DNA of 33,758 nt from an uncultured Gammaproteobacteria bacterium (GCA_964405175.1 CAYOMV010000003.1:1-33758), one strand, 5' to 3'; counted from the first letter of the stretch, positions 24,182 to 33,381 are shown. The notes: a model not told the origin generated them from the sequence alone. Made by a program: numbers and translations.

Positions 24182-25923
24182 TACCAGCTTCCACCGCCTC
24201 CGCCTCCGAATCCGCCTCCCGAAAAACCTCCGCCAGACGAAAACCCGCTTCCTCCACTCCCGGCTTGCGAGGGCGCGGAATAAACACTTGCCGCCGAAGC
24301 CGTATTCATGTCCGAAATCGAGCTGGCCAAAAGCACCGGAGTCCAGCTGGCCACGTTGCCCTCGGCCCATTCCGGCGGTTCGATATGTAAATCCTTAAAC
24401 TGCTCGGCCCAGGCTTTTTCCACTCCAAGCGCAATCGCGGCCGGCAAAAATTCCATAAACTGTTGTGGTGTTCTGGAAGGCGCGTTATGAAATTTTAATC
24501 TCTCTTCTTCCGTAACACTTAAAAACCATTTAAACCCTTTAACCTGAGCCACCAAAGATGTCCCGGCCCTCGTTCTTCTGGGCATAAACCAGCCGAAAAC
24601 CGCGATTATTATAAACGTCGCGATACCGGCCGCGATACCCACCGGCGCGTATATGCCAATAAGCGCCACCACAAAACCCGCGATAACCGCTCCAATAATA
24701 TACAGCGTCCTAACCAGATACGGGCTAGCGTCAAAAATCGAAAGTGCTTTTAATTTTTTCTCAGCCTCTTTATTCGAGGCCTGCACATCATTGTAAAAAG
24801 CGTCTTTTTTCAGCTCTTCAAAATCTGTCTTTTCTCTGGATCCGTTTTTAAATAAACCGTTCCACAATTTTTTCTCCCATTTGGGCGCGGATGCCGGAGG
24901 CGTCTTCTTTTTTATAAACGTATAAGTCTGCTTTTCACCAAACAGCTTTTTCTCTGTCCCGTATTCTATATGCAGATAGCCCTTGCGAGCCATCTCGATT
25001 ATTGTTGCCGTTATGCCTCTTTGCGGTATAGCGCCATTGCCCAAAGCTCCGGATAAAACTATTGGCTCCATCTTGGCTGGAATTTCATACTGGGGAATAA
25101 CCGTCTCCGGTTCCGGATCTTTGCCTCTTGTCCACCATAAATAAAGCATTACTACTAATGCAATGATAGGCAAAACCATTACCCAATTATCACGCAAAGC
25201 CTCAAAAAACAATTCAGAGCGAGTCGGTTCTTTTATTATTCCGGGCGGGAATCCAAAAACCACACTCATACCCTCTGCCGAATCCAATTCTCTTGTCGAC
25301 TGTACGAATATCCCGCCATCTTTAGCTTCCATCTCACAAGATTCTTCCACCGACCCGGCAATACCCGTATAACAAACAAAACCCAAATCTTCAGTCTGCT
25401 CTCCCATGGGGCTGGTTAACTTAAAAGACGCTGATTCGATGTGTACAGGCCATTGATTCCCGGTTACATTCCAGTAAAGCTCCGTATGGCCGTCGAAAAA
25501 ATTAATTGCTTTTGTGGTTTCATATTCAATCACATATGTATGCTCGCCCGTAATTTCCACATCCGCCCTGCCGATTTTTAAAATCATCAAATCACCCTGC
25601 TTGCTTTTCGTGTATTCTTCGTCCTTTCCATCCCGCGAAATTTCTTTAATCCGCAAATTAAGATTATATTTCATACCGTCGCGCAAATAAGAAACCGGTA
25701 TGCTCCTGTAAATCCCGTGCTTGTTTAAATTGCCAAAATCATATGTAATTTCTTCGCGAATAACCAATTTTCTATTTTCTGCCAAAGTGGCCGTAACATC
25801 AAAAGAACTTATTTTTTGGCTGTTAACCGTAATCGGCCCGCTTGTTACCATATCTTGGGCAAAAACGGTTGTGAAAGGAAATAAATTTAATGTGAGAATC
25901 AAAATAGCTAATAAATATTTCAT
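24181..25923 (-). CDS. DUF2207-family membrane protein with Gly-rich C-terminal tail
   Basis: Starts MKYLLAILILTLNLF (ATG 25923). N-terminal extracytoplasmic beta domain, TM helices in the middle and distal region, tail SGGGFSGGGFGGGGGGSW typical of the family. Confidence 0.8.
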   Translation of the reverse strand: MKYLLAILILTLNLFPFTTVFAQDMVTSGPITVNSQKISSFDVTATLAENRKLVIREEITYDFGNLNKHGIYRSIPVSYLRDGMKYNLNLRIKEISRDGKDEEYTKSKQGDLMILKIGRADVEITGEHTYVIEYETTKAINFFDGHTELYWNVTGNQWPVHIESASFKLTSPMGEQTEDLGFVCYTGIAGSVEESCEMEAKDGGIFVQSTRELDSAEGMSVVFGFPPGIIKEPTRSELFFEALRDNWVMVLPIIALVVMLYLWWTRGKDPEPETVIPQYEIPAKMEPIVLSGALGNGAIPQRGITATIIEMARKGYLHIEYGTEKKLFGEKQTYTFIKKKTPPASAPKWEKKLWNGLFKNGSREKTDFEELKKDAFYNDVQASNKEAEKKLKALSIFDASPYLVRTLYIIGAVIAGFVVALIGIYAPVGIAAGIATFIIIAVFGWFMPRRTRAGTSLVAQVKGFKWFLSVTEEERLKFHNAPSRTPQQFMEFLPAAIALGVEKAWAEQFKDLHIEPPEWAEGNVASWTPVLLASSISDMNTASAASVYSAPSQAGSGGSGFSSGGGFSGGGFGGGGGGSW

Positions 25924-26022
25924 ATGGCAATACATTAGCACAAAACCCGCAAACTGATTAAGTAATGTCAAGAAGATACGTTCTATTTACAGCAGAACAG
26001 ACAAAGTGCTATAAAAGCTCTT

Positions 26023-26556
26023 GTGATTTGGCTTGCTAAATTCATTAAATCTCCGAATACAATCGGATCAATAGCTCCCAGCTCCGGCCGACTGGGCCGT
26101 CTTATGATAAAAAACCTCAAACCGGATGCCAAAACCTTAGAACTCGGCGCGGGCACCGGAGCAATAACCGCTCACATATTATCCCGATTAAACAACCCGA
26201 ATCAGCTTACGGCAGTGGAATCCGATAAACAGCTGGCAACTATCTGCCAAAGCAAGCATAAGTCTATCAACGTACTCAACCAAGATATCCTGGAAATTCT
26301 CAATTCAAATCAAAGTTTTGACGCCATCATCTCCGGCATTCCTTTCGCGGCCATGGATTCTAATCAGCGCCAAAAACTTTTTCATCTCATTTTTGAAAGA
26401 CTCACGCCCGGCGGCACTTTCATAATGTTCCAATACTCAACCCTCACGCGCAAAGAATTGCAAAACATCTTTAGCAATCTAAAAACTGATTTCACCTTTT
26501 GGAACCTGCCCCCGGCTTTTGTTTTCACTTGCCGCAAACAAGAAGCTACAGCTTAG
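26023..26556 (+). CDS. Class I SAM-dependent methyltransferase (COG3963-like, small)
   Basis: GSIAPSS near the N-terminus. Motif I LELGAGTGAIT. 177 aa. GTG start as given by the ORF track. Confidence 0.7.
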   Translation: MIWLAKFIKSPNTIGSIAPSSGRLGRLMIKNLKPDAKTLELGAGTGAITAHILSRLNNPNQLTAVESDKQLATICQSKHKSINVLNQDILEILNSNQSFDAIISGIPFAAMDSNQRQKLFHLIFERLTPGGTFIMFQYSTLTRKELQNIFSNLKTDFTFWNLPPAFVFTCRKQEATA

Positions 26557-26611
26557 ATAAAACGAGCTTAATATCGGCCGCGTGCCGCCGGAGGCTTCCG
26601 ATTTTTTGGAG

Positions 26612-26640
26612 TTCAATGTTCGGTATTCCTATGATATAAT
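26612..26640 (+). promoter_or_regulatory. Extended -10 promoter giving a leaderless mRNA for the second PfkB kinase
   Basis: TTCAAT, 17-nt spacer, TG-n-TATAAT (26635-26640). The A of ATG 26647 lies 7 nt after the -10. Confidence 0.5.
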
Positions 26641-26646
26641 CAAACC

Positions 26647-27651
26647 ATGTTCGGTTTTGGAGGGATAGACGTTTTAACCATAGGCGCCGGCACGCGCGAC
26701 GTCTTTATTAAAAGCAAACATTTCGAAAAAAAATCCGACCCATTGGCTCCGGCCGGTTTTGACGCTTGCTTCCCCATGGGTGCTAAAATCGCATTAGACG
26801 ATATTTACCTGGAAACCGGCGGAGGCGCCACAAACGCGGCGGTCACATTTAATAGCTTGAGCTTTAAAACCGCTTGCCTTTGCCGAGTTGGCGCCGACAA
26901 CAACGGCGAAGCCATCAAATCCGCGCTAAAATCCCGCGGGATTGTCACCAAATACATCCAAACCGACGAAAAACGCCAAACCAGTTACGCGGTTATTCTT
27001 TTGGCAGGATCCGGCCAACGCTCTATTTTAGTATACCGAGGCGCTTCTAATTATATCGATACAACCCAACCTCTTTGGCAAAAAACCAACCCCAACTGGA
27101 TATACCTAACATCTCTTGGAGGCAAATTAAAAACTCTAAATAATATTTTTAAGTTTGCCAAAAATAAAAACATAAAAATAGCTTGGAACCCCGGCAACTC
27201 GGAAATCAAAACGGGCCTAAGTAAACTCAAAAAACATATCCAAGCTACTGATTTATTATTTTTAAACCGTGAAGAATCCGCTCTTTTAACAGGCAAACCC
27301 CCGCGCCATCTTGATGAGATTGTAAAAACATTGGGAAAGCTGGTACGGGGCGCTTTGGTTATTACGGACGGTCCAAATGGCGCCTACGCGTATGATATAA
27401 AAAGTAAAAAATTTCTGTACGCCAAAGCAATCCCCGGAAAGCGCGTTAACACAACCGGCGCGGGCGACGCTTTTGGCAGCGGCTTTACCGCCTCGTTCAT
27501 CAAAAACCAAGATATTAAGCAAGCTCTCTGCGTCGGATCTTGGAACAGTATTGGCGTAATAACCACGATGGGCGCGAAAAAAGGAATTTTAGATGAATTC
27601 CCTTCGGACAGAAAAATGAAAAAATGCAACATTCGCGAATATAAACTATGA
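26647..27651 (+). CDS. PfkB-family carbohydrate or nucleoside kinase, second copy
   Basis: GGGATNAAV, NTTGAGDAFGSGF. 334 aa. Confidence 0.85.
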   Translation: MFGFGGIDVLTIGAGTRDVFIKSKHFEKKSDPLAPAGFDACFPMGAKIALDDIYLETGGGATNAAVTFNSLSFKTACLCRVGADNNGEAIKSALKSRGIVTKYIQTDEKRQTSYAVILLAGSGQRSILVYRGASNYIDTTQPLWQKTNPNWIYLTSLGGKLKTLNNIFKFAKNKNIKIAWNPGNSEIKTGLSKLKKHIQATDLLFLNREESALLTGKPPRHLDEIVKTLGKLVRGALVITDGPNGAYAYDIKSKKFLYAKAIPGKRVNTTGAGDAFGSGFTASFIKNQDIKQALCVGSWNSIGVITTMGAKKGILDEFPSDRKMKKCNIREYKL

Positions 27652-28652
27652 ACCTCCTTTACAAAGCCAAACAACTTTTTTCAGAAAACCAAATAATGGT
27701 TGTGCTTTTTGGCATAATAGCCGGGCTCATATTCCCCAAAATTTTCGAACCCCTCGCGCCTTACACAACGCAAATGCTGATTCTGATCTTTTTTTGCTCC
27801 AGCTTAAGGCTCGAACTCAAAGAGATCATTGCCTATGCCAAAGATTGGAAGATGCTGGCTTTGGCCAATGGCTTCATGCTTGTTTTCTTGCCTGTTTTAA
27901 TGTGGCTACCACTGGTTCTATTTGCTCCGGATTGGGCAATGGCTTTTTTGATCTTGGGTGCCATGCCCACCGGCATGACAATCGCTCTAATAGCCGACTT
28001 GTTCGGAGGCAAAACCACGCTTGCTCTTGTTATCACCGCCACAACCTCTCTCTTGGCTCCGCTCACAATCCCTTTTGTGTTCTGGATTACGATTGGCCAA
28101 GTCGTGCCCGTCCCGGTTGTTTCACTCTTTACAAATTTATTTATCACAATAGTCTTGCCTTTTATTGTCGCCACATACGTCAAACAAAAAGCTCCAAAAT
28201 TTGTAATCAAACACGACTTTTGGTGGCGTGAAATTTCCATCATCACCTTTGGCATTTTAATCGCCACCATCGTTGCCGACACGGTAGGCTCCGAGGGCCG
28301 AATCACTTTGGATTACCGTGATGCCGGCTTGGTTACAGTAATGCTCATCTACATGTCGGCTTTAATCGCAATTTCTTATTTTATGAGCTGGTGGCGCACC
28401 AATGCCGAAAAAGCAACAATCGCACTTTGCATAGTTTACCTAAACAACACTCTATCACTCTATATAGCTAACAAATTTTTCCCGGATCCAAAACTCATGA
28501 CCCAGCTTGTCATTTTACTGCTTGTCATTAACGTACTTTTACCCCCCTTCCGCTGGATAGCCGCCCGCGCCGTTGAACTGGATGCCAAAACTCAAAACCA
28601 ACGCAACAAAAAAAGGCGTACTAAGAACCAACGTCGAACGTCAAAAGTCTAA
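27648..28652 (+). CDS. Polytopic membrane transporter, bile acid:sodium symporter (BASS)-like fold
   Basis: About 9-10 predicted TM helices. LGAMPTGMT-type segment. ATGA overlap with the kinase stop. Basic C-terminal tail. Family assignment is tentative. Confidence 0.6.
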   Translation: MNLLYKAKQLFSENQIMVVLFGIIAGLIFPKIFEPLAPYTTQMLILIFFCSSLRLELKEIIAYAKDWKMLALANGFMLVFLPVLMWLPLVLFAPDWAMAFLILGAMPTGMTIALIADLFGGKTTLALVITATTSLLAPLTIPFVFWITIGQVVPVPVVSLFTNLFITIVLPFIVATYVKQKAPKFVIKHDFWWREISIITFGILIATIVADTVGSEGRITLDYRDAGLVTVMLIYMSALIAISYFMSWWRTNAEKATIALCIVYLNNTLSLYIANKFFPDPKLMTQLVILLLVINVLLPPFRWIAARAVELDAKTQNQRNKKRRTKNQRRTSKV

Positions 28653-28663
28653 CGTCAACGCCG
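28629..28663. repeat. Heptamer array AACGTCN (5 copies) spanning the transporter stop codon
   Basis: caacgtc gaacgtc aaaagtc taacgtc aacgccg. Confidence 0.8.
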
Positions 28664-28673
28664 CATAACTGCT

Positions 28674-28736
28674 AGATACCAGCCGCCAGATGCAAGATAC
28701 TAAATAATAGATAATAGATAATAAATAATAAATGTT
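28674..28736. repeat. Heptamer array AGATACC to AGATAAT to AAATAAT (9 copies)
   Basis: agatacc agccgcc agatgca agatact aaataat agataat agataat aaataat aaatgtt, then ATG 28739. Confidence 0.85.
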
Positions 28737-28738
28737 AT

Positions 28739-29719
28739 ATGAAAATTTTTGTAACCCGAAAAATCCATGAATCCGGCATCAACCTGCTAAAAAAAGCCGG
28801 CCACAAAGTAACCGTTTACTCAAAAGACGAAATCATCCCCCGCTCCAAACTCTTAAAAAACGTAAAAGGCTGTGACGCTGTTTTATCGCTCTTAACCGAC
28901 AAGATAAACGATGAATTCTTCCAAGCCGCCGGCCCCAACCTCAAAATCGTCGCCAACTTTGCCGTGGGCTTTGATAATATCGACCTCGAATCCGCCAAAA
29001 AGCATGGAGTCGTCGCCACAAACACGCCCAGCAACAAAGTAAACGAATCAGTTGCCGAACATACTTTTGCGCTTATGCTGGCACTGGCTCGCCGGATAAC
29101 CGAAGCCGACCATTTTGCCAAGCGCGGCCAATACAAAGGCTGGTCTCCCACTTTGTTAACCGGCACTGATATTCACGGCAAAACCATGGGCCTTATCGGC
29201 GCCGGCCGGATTGGCTCCATGGCCGCGCGCCGAGGCGTGAAAGGTTTTGGAATGAAACTTTTATACAGCGACATGCGCCGTAATCCGATAATCGAAAAAG
29301 AATTGGGAGCCAAAAAAGTAAGCCAAACCGAACTCCTTAAAAAGGCGGACTTTATTTCTCTGCATGTGCCGCTACTGCCCTCTACCACCCATCTCATCTC
29401 TGATGCGGAATTCAAACTCATGAAGCCGACCGCTTTCATTGTTAACACCGCGCGCGGCCCCGTAATCCACGAAAAGGCTCTATTGCGAGCGCTCAAAGCC
29501 AATCGCATAGCCGGCGCCGCGCTTGATGTATTTGAATGCGAACCCGCCATAGATTGCGATTTGCGCGACAACATGGAACTCAAATCATTTCCCAATGTGA
29601 TCCTTACCCCTCATATCGCGAGCGCCACTATCGAAGCCCGCCGCGACATGAGCGAAATAGCCGCCAAAAACATAATTGCTGTATTAAAAGGCAAAAAACC
29701 GCTTAACCCTGCTAAATAA
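28739..29719 (+). CDS. D-isomer-specific 2-hydroxyacid dehydrogenase (glyoxylate/hydroxypyruvate reductase-like)
   Basis: GLIGAGRIGSMAARR NAD-binding fold. Catalytic-region motifs NTARG, DVFE.EP, TPHIAS. Colinear with archaeal GyaR as I recall it. Confidence 0.9.
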   Translation: MKIFVTRKIHESGINLLKKAGHKVTVYSKDEIIPRSKLLKNVKGCDAVLSLLTDKINDEFFQAAGPNLKIVANFAVGFDNIDLESAKKHGVVATNTPSNKVNESVAEHTFALMLALARRITEADHFAKRGQYKGWSPTLLTGTDIHGKTMGLIGAGRIGSMAARRGVKGFGMKLLYSDMRRNPIIEKELGAKKVSQTELLKKADFISLHVPLLPSTTHLISDAEFKLMKPTAFIVNTARGPVIHEKALLRALKANRIAGAALDVFECEPAIDCDLRDNMELKSFPNVILTPHIASATIEARRDMSEIAAKNIIAVLKGKKPLNPAK

Positions 29720-29796
29720 TCTACCCCCTAAGCTTGACAAAAAACGCAGAAAGTGTTTAGATGCATAATCGCACCTTACATAAGAAGGAGATGCGC

Positions 29797-30639
29797 ATGC
29801 AGTTTTTTGTTAGTGACCTGCATTACGGCCTGGACCCTTTGGGAGATCAAGCCGTACGGAAACTCGCGCGATATATCATTGAAAACTCAACGGATAGAGA
29901 TATCCTTTGTATTTGCGGCGACATCGGTTCCGACGCAAAAACCCTGGAACAAGCTTTGCGTTTGTTCGATGGTTTCCCCGGCGTAAAATGCGGCGTACTG
30001 GGTAATCATGATGTTTGGATCTTCGAGAATTTGGAACTAAATTCATGGGACGCTCTGGCTCTTGGTAATAACCAGCTAAAAGCCAACGGATTCCATCCAC
30101 TGGAAGATGAGCCCATAAGCGTCAACGGTACGACATTTGTAGGCACTATTGGATGGTATGATTACTCATTCCAAGATCCCAAGCTAAACGTGCCCACAAG
30201 CTTTTATCAGCAAAAACGCTGTCCCAAATCGGGAACAATTACCTGGAACGATGCCAAGTACGCCGTTTGGGGCATGTCAGACCAACAAGTTACCGATTAT
30301 TTTGCCGAAAAACTGCGGTCGCATTTGGCCTCCTGCCCCAAAGAGCAAGAAATCATTGTGGCCATGCACCACTTGCCCACCCGCAAGCTCCTGTTCCACC
30401 CGCGTTGGTTGGTTCCAAAATCCTATCGCTTCACCAACGCTTTTCTCGGCAGTGATGTTTTCTCCAATCTCCTTGGAGATCACAAAAACATAAGCCATGT
30501 TTTTTGCGGACACGCTCACATGCCTCGTAGGGCAAAAATCAACGGCCATACTTACGCCTGCATTGGAGGCGACTACCAAAACAAACAAGTCGTAACACTT
30601 GATTCCGGCCGACTACGCCGTGTAGACTTTACACCATAG
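29797..30639 (+). CDS. Calcineurin-like metallophosphoesterase
   Basis: ATG 29797 lies 6 nt after AGGAG. SDLHYG, CGDIGSD, GNHDVW, MHHLP, GHAHM motifs in canonical order. Confidence 0.8.
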   Translation: MQFFVSDLHYGLDPLGDQAVRKLARYIIENSTDRDILCICGDIGSDAKTLEQALRLFDGFPGVKCGVLGNHDVWIFENLELNSWDALALGNNQLKANGFHPLEDEPISVNGTTFVGTIGWYDYSFQDPKLNVPTSFYQQKRCPKSGTITWNDAKYAVWGMSDQQVTDYFAEKLRSHLASCPKEQEIIVAMHHLPTRKLLFHPRWLVPKSYRFTNAFLGSDVFSNLLGDHKNISHVFCGHAHMPRRAKINGHTYACIGGDYQNKQVVTLDSGRLRRVDFTP

Positions 30640-30690
30640 CAATCTTATTTGATTGCTTTTTTTATTATAATGCGTTTTAATTTACTAGAT

Positions 30691-30960
30691 ATGAAAAAAA
30701 GTTCATTACAATCATCCGCGCGTTCAGCTATTAAACGAGAGCTGACAAACAATACTTCTATGGCGGAAATCAAATCTTTCGCCAATGATATTTTGGCAAT
30801 TTGTGCCAAATATCCAGATAACATACCAATAACGGCTATTAAGGAATTAACAGAAAAACATCCATCTCTTTCTTCCGAAATTAACGATCTTCTTAAAAAA
30901 GAAACCACTGAAGCCGAAGAATCGGCTATGCGAGAAATGCGTAAAATAATAACCAGCTAA
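30691..30960 (+). CDS. Hypothetical 89-aa helical protein immediately upstream of the Fic gene
   Basis: ATG 30691. 6-nt gap to the Fic start. A competing antisense ORF (30645..30908) is judged less likely. Confidence 0.45.
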   Translation: MKKSSLQSSARSAIKRELTNNTSMAEIKSFANDILAICAKYPDNIPITAIKELTEKHPSLSSEINDLLKKETTEAEESAMREMRKIITS

Positions 30961-30966
30961 ACAAAT

Positions 30967-32277
30967 ATGGAACCAAGAATGGAACAACCGCAAGAAATAC
31001 CCGTAACTTTCGACCTGGGCGGGCATGAAAATCAAGAATCGCCGGAATCCGAAAAAGAACGTGCGGCTTTTAATGATATCATTGATATTGAATTGCTTTC
31101 AGACGATACATTTATTGATATTTTAGCGCATAGTGATGCCAAAAAATCATTGGAATCACTTCCCGCATTGGCCGATTCATATGGCTTCGATTTGGCGGAT
31201 GTGTCCTCGCGCGATTTAATGCTCTTGTCCACTCTATACTGCGAACTAAAACGCGCTGATAATGAAAAAAGCATACAAGAAATTCAAAACGCGATAGAAC
31301 AAGAACTCAAAGAAAGCCTGGCCCGCCAAGCTCTTAGCTTAATAGAAAACATCTCATCCGAAATAGAGCAAAGCCTGGAAAACGAAGACAAACTCAAACA
31401 ACTCCTAAGGCAAGTTATGGATATCTTGGGAAAATTATCAAAACATATACCGCAAGAAACCGATCCCGAACTTTGGCAAGAAATGTACGATGGATATAAA
31501 CGGCTTATAGATATTAAACTGACCGACGCTAAAACCAGCCGTGTTTTCAGTGAGATCTTTCAAGAATACACAGATCTGATAGACAACGAATTTGCCCTAA
31601 AGGCAATGAACTATGCCGTTGCCAATAAGCTGGGTTATGATTTGGAATCGATAATGCAATTAACATACGGCCGGCCCAAATCTGAATTGGAAGAAATCAA
31701 AAAACAAAACCGCGCGAATGTGGTGGAAAAATTGCAAGAATTATCCAATCAAAACGAAATCACGGTCGACGACATTATCAATTTACATCGTACCAACAAC
31801 CTGGGTGTTACTCCCCAAGCACTGTCTCGCCTAAGAGAAGGTGAAGAATTGGAGTGGTTCGGCAAAAGAGTGGGCACACTACCCGAAGACGTAGCGCAAG
31901 AAATGGAAGCTTGGCAAACACGGGTAAACGAAATTTTACAAACGGCTGAAAAAGAAGATTGGTCTGATATCCGATTTCAAATTTCCGTGGCGCAACTGCA
32001 TAATCAAATATTGGATATCCACCCTTTTTTGGATAGAAACGGCAGCACCAGCCTGATTTTTATGGAACTGATGATGATGCGGCGCGGCTACAAACCTTCT
32101 AAAAACAGAGAAACCGATTACTATAAACATGTGCGAACAATACTCAAAAACAATCCGGTCGCGATCGGAATAGTAGCTTATGAAATGGGCTTGATCTCTT
32201 ACGTTCCGGGTTATTTCAAAGGCGAAACAGCTCAAAATAAACAAGCCAAATATAAAGAAAAATACGGACTGGTTTAA
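30967..32277 (+). CDS. Fic-domain protein with long helical N-terminal extension and degenerate active-site motif
   Basis: HPFLDRNGSTSL at residues 352-363 (nt 32020-32055), against the canonical HPFx(D/E)GNGRxxR. The preceding LHR...G..R...V pattern is typical of the Fic core. Confidence 0.75.
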   Translation: MEPRMEQPQEIPVTFDLGGHENQESPESEKERAAFNDIIDIELLSDDTFIDILAHSDAKKSLESLPALADSYGFDLADVSSRDLMLLSTLYCELKRADNEKSIQEIQNAIEQELKESLARQALSLIENISSEIEQSLENEDKLKQLLRQVMDILGKLSKHIPQETDPELWQEMYDGYKRLIDIKLTDAKTSRVFSEIFQEYTDLIDNEFALKAMNYAVANKLGYDLESIMQLTYGRPKSELEEIKKQNRANVVEKLQELSNQNEITVDDIINLHRTNNLGVTPQALSRLREGEELEWFGKRVGTLPEDVAQEMEAWQTRVNEILQTAEKEDWSDIRFQISVAQLHNQILDIHPFLDRNGSTSLIFMELMMMRRGYKPSKNRETDYYKHVRTILKNNPVAIGIVAYEMGLISYVPGYFKGETAQNKQAKYKEKYGLV

Positions 32278-32312
32278 TAAGCTGTCATAAAGTCAATTTA
32301 AAATAATATAAA

Positions 32313-32340
32313 AAAACCCGTCTTGATAAGATGGGTTCTT
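32313..32340. terminator. Hairpin terminator between convergent genes (better T-run on the minus strand)
   Basis: AACCCGTC (32315-32322) / GATGGGTT (32330-32337). A7 run on the plus side. Confidence 0.6.
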
Positions 32341-33055
32341 AGTCTTTGTCGATTGCCGATTTATCAAAAGTAATCTTAATTTCCGGATAGCTTTCTCTTT
32401 GGGATGAATCGTGCTTATAAGGTGAAAACGAAGGCGGGTCGCTTTTTGGTATACGCACCGTAACCTCAGAGTCCGGACGACCCGGTGGAATTGCCAAGAT
32501 ACCCGTTTGGCCATGAGACTCACCTTCAAAGCGCAACCCTGAAGCTTCACCTATAGCCGATCTTCTTATGTAACGCTCTAATCTACCCCTTGCTTCAGGA
32601 TCGTCGACACACGAAAGAGTAGGCCTCCCCGCCTCATCATCTTCGCAGGATTCTTGCGCGGCGATTACCGGCGTAGGAGTTTGCTCCCTCTGTTCCTCAC
32701 CTACTGCTTGCTTCAGATTATGAACAATTTTTCCTGCTTCAACTTGAGCCAATTCTTGAAGCAAAACAAAACCCTTTTCCAAAGCAGTGCTCTTTGTCTT
32801 TTCCCCGTCTTTTTGCGACTGATACATAATCCAGGCTTCGTGTATTTGTATAGATTTCCAGCCATGTATCTCTTGAGATGCATTTTTCAAGATTTGCGGC
32901 TGAACCGGCATGCAGGCTTCCAGCAGTCTTAAAAAGACTATCTTGTCTTCAGGCAACAATACATCAACCGTATCATTGCCGATATCGCTATCCAAATATA
33001 AATCAATCGCGAAAAGCCAATCGCTTTTTAAGCGTTCAAATTCGGCGTTTTTCAA
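32339..33055 (-). CDS. Hypothetical protein (238 aa)
   Basis: TTG 33055 is preceded by AGAGGAGG with a 6-nt spacer. The ORF-track TTG at 33103 coincides with a TTGACA -35 box. Confidence 0.55.
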   Translation of the reverse strand: MKNAEFERLKSDWLFAIDLYLDSDIGNDTVDVLLPEDKIVFLRLLEACMPVQPQILKNASQEIHGWKSIQIHEAWIMYQSQKDGEKTKSTALEKGFVLLQELAQVEAGKIVHNLKQAVGEEQREQTPTPVIAAQESCEDDEAGRPTLSCVDDPEARGRLERYIRRSAIGEASGLRFEGESHGQTGILAIPPGRPDSEVTVRIPKSDPPSFSPYKHDSSQRESYPEIKITFDKSAIDKD

Positions 33056-33074
33056 TGTGCGCCTCCTCTTTCGC

Positions 33075-33103
33075 AATCTAACTAAAAAAACGGTCTTTGT
33101 CAA
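33075..33103 (-). promoter_or_regulatory. Sigma70-like promoter for 32339..33055
   Basis: Minus strand: TTGACA (plus coordinates 33098-33103), 17-nt spacer, TAGATT (33075-33080). Confidence 0.45.
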
Positions 33104-33110
33104 CCGTTTT
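33084..33110. terminator. A/T-flanked hairpin terminating the upstream small-gene pair
   Basis: AAAAACGGT / ACCGTTTTT around the loop CTTTGTCA. Confidence 0.5.
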
Positions 33111-33131
33111 TGCTTGGTTTTTGCGTGTAAT

Positions 33132-33380
33132 TCAATACCTCAAAGACATCGCGTCAAAATCCTTTAAATAATCAATTTCTTCTTCCAATACTTTCTGAAA
33201 TTCTTTAGTGTCTCTATTCTTATAGGCGGATTTTTTGCGTAAAAAAAATTTATGCAAGATGGGCAGCGCCGTAAGAATCTTCTCCAGATCTTCAGGCTTA
33301 GGATCCGGCATCTGCATCATTTCCGAGACAAAATCCGGGTCGGGCATATTTATCGCTTGATATACCAATTCAGTCCTCAT
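33132..33380 (-). CDS. Hypothetical 82-aa protein
   Basis: ORF with a plausible acidic helical composition. Its start overlaps the stop region of a preceding 55-aa ORF. Confidence 0.45.
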   Translation of the reverse strand: MRTELVYQAINMPDPDFVSEMMQMPDPKPEDLEKILTALPILHKFFLRKKSAYKNRDTKEFQKVLEEEIDYLKDFDAMSLRY

Positions 33381-33381
33381 A

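Noticed and set aside
30645-30908. The minus-strand 87-aa ORF overlapping the ORF upstream of Fic.
   Set aside because: The plus-strand ORF has a more protein-like composition and is positioned 6 nt before the Fic start. The choice remains uncertain, and the plus-strand call carries confidence 0.45.
21046-31493. The shared 33-nt segment as a template/variable-region pair of a diversity-generating retroelement.
   Set aside because: There is no reverse transcriptase in the window and the segment is far too short. The three mismatches (a/g, c/t, a/t) are not adenine-specific.
31825-31842. SRLREG (residues 287-292 of the Fic protein) as the (S/T)xxxE(G/N) auto-inhibitory helix motif.
   Set aside because: Its position corresponds to the conserved G..R...V core/flap segment about 60 residues before the catalytic His. 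It is not in an inhibitory helix preceding the core or at the C-terminus, so this is probably a chance match.
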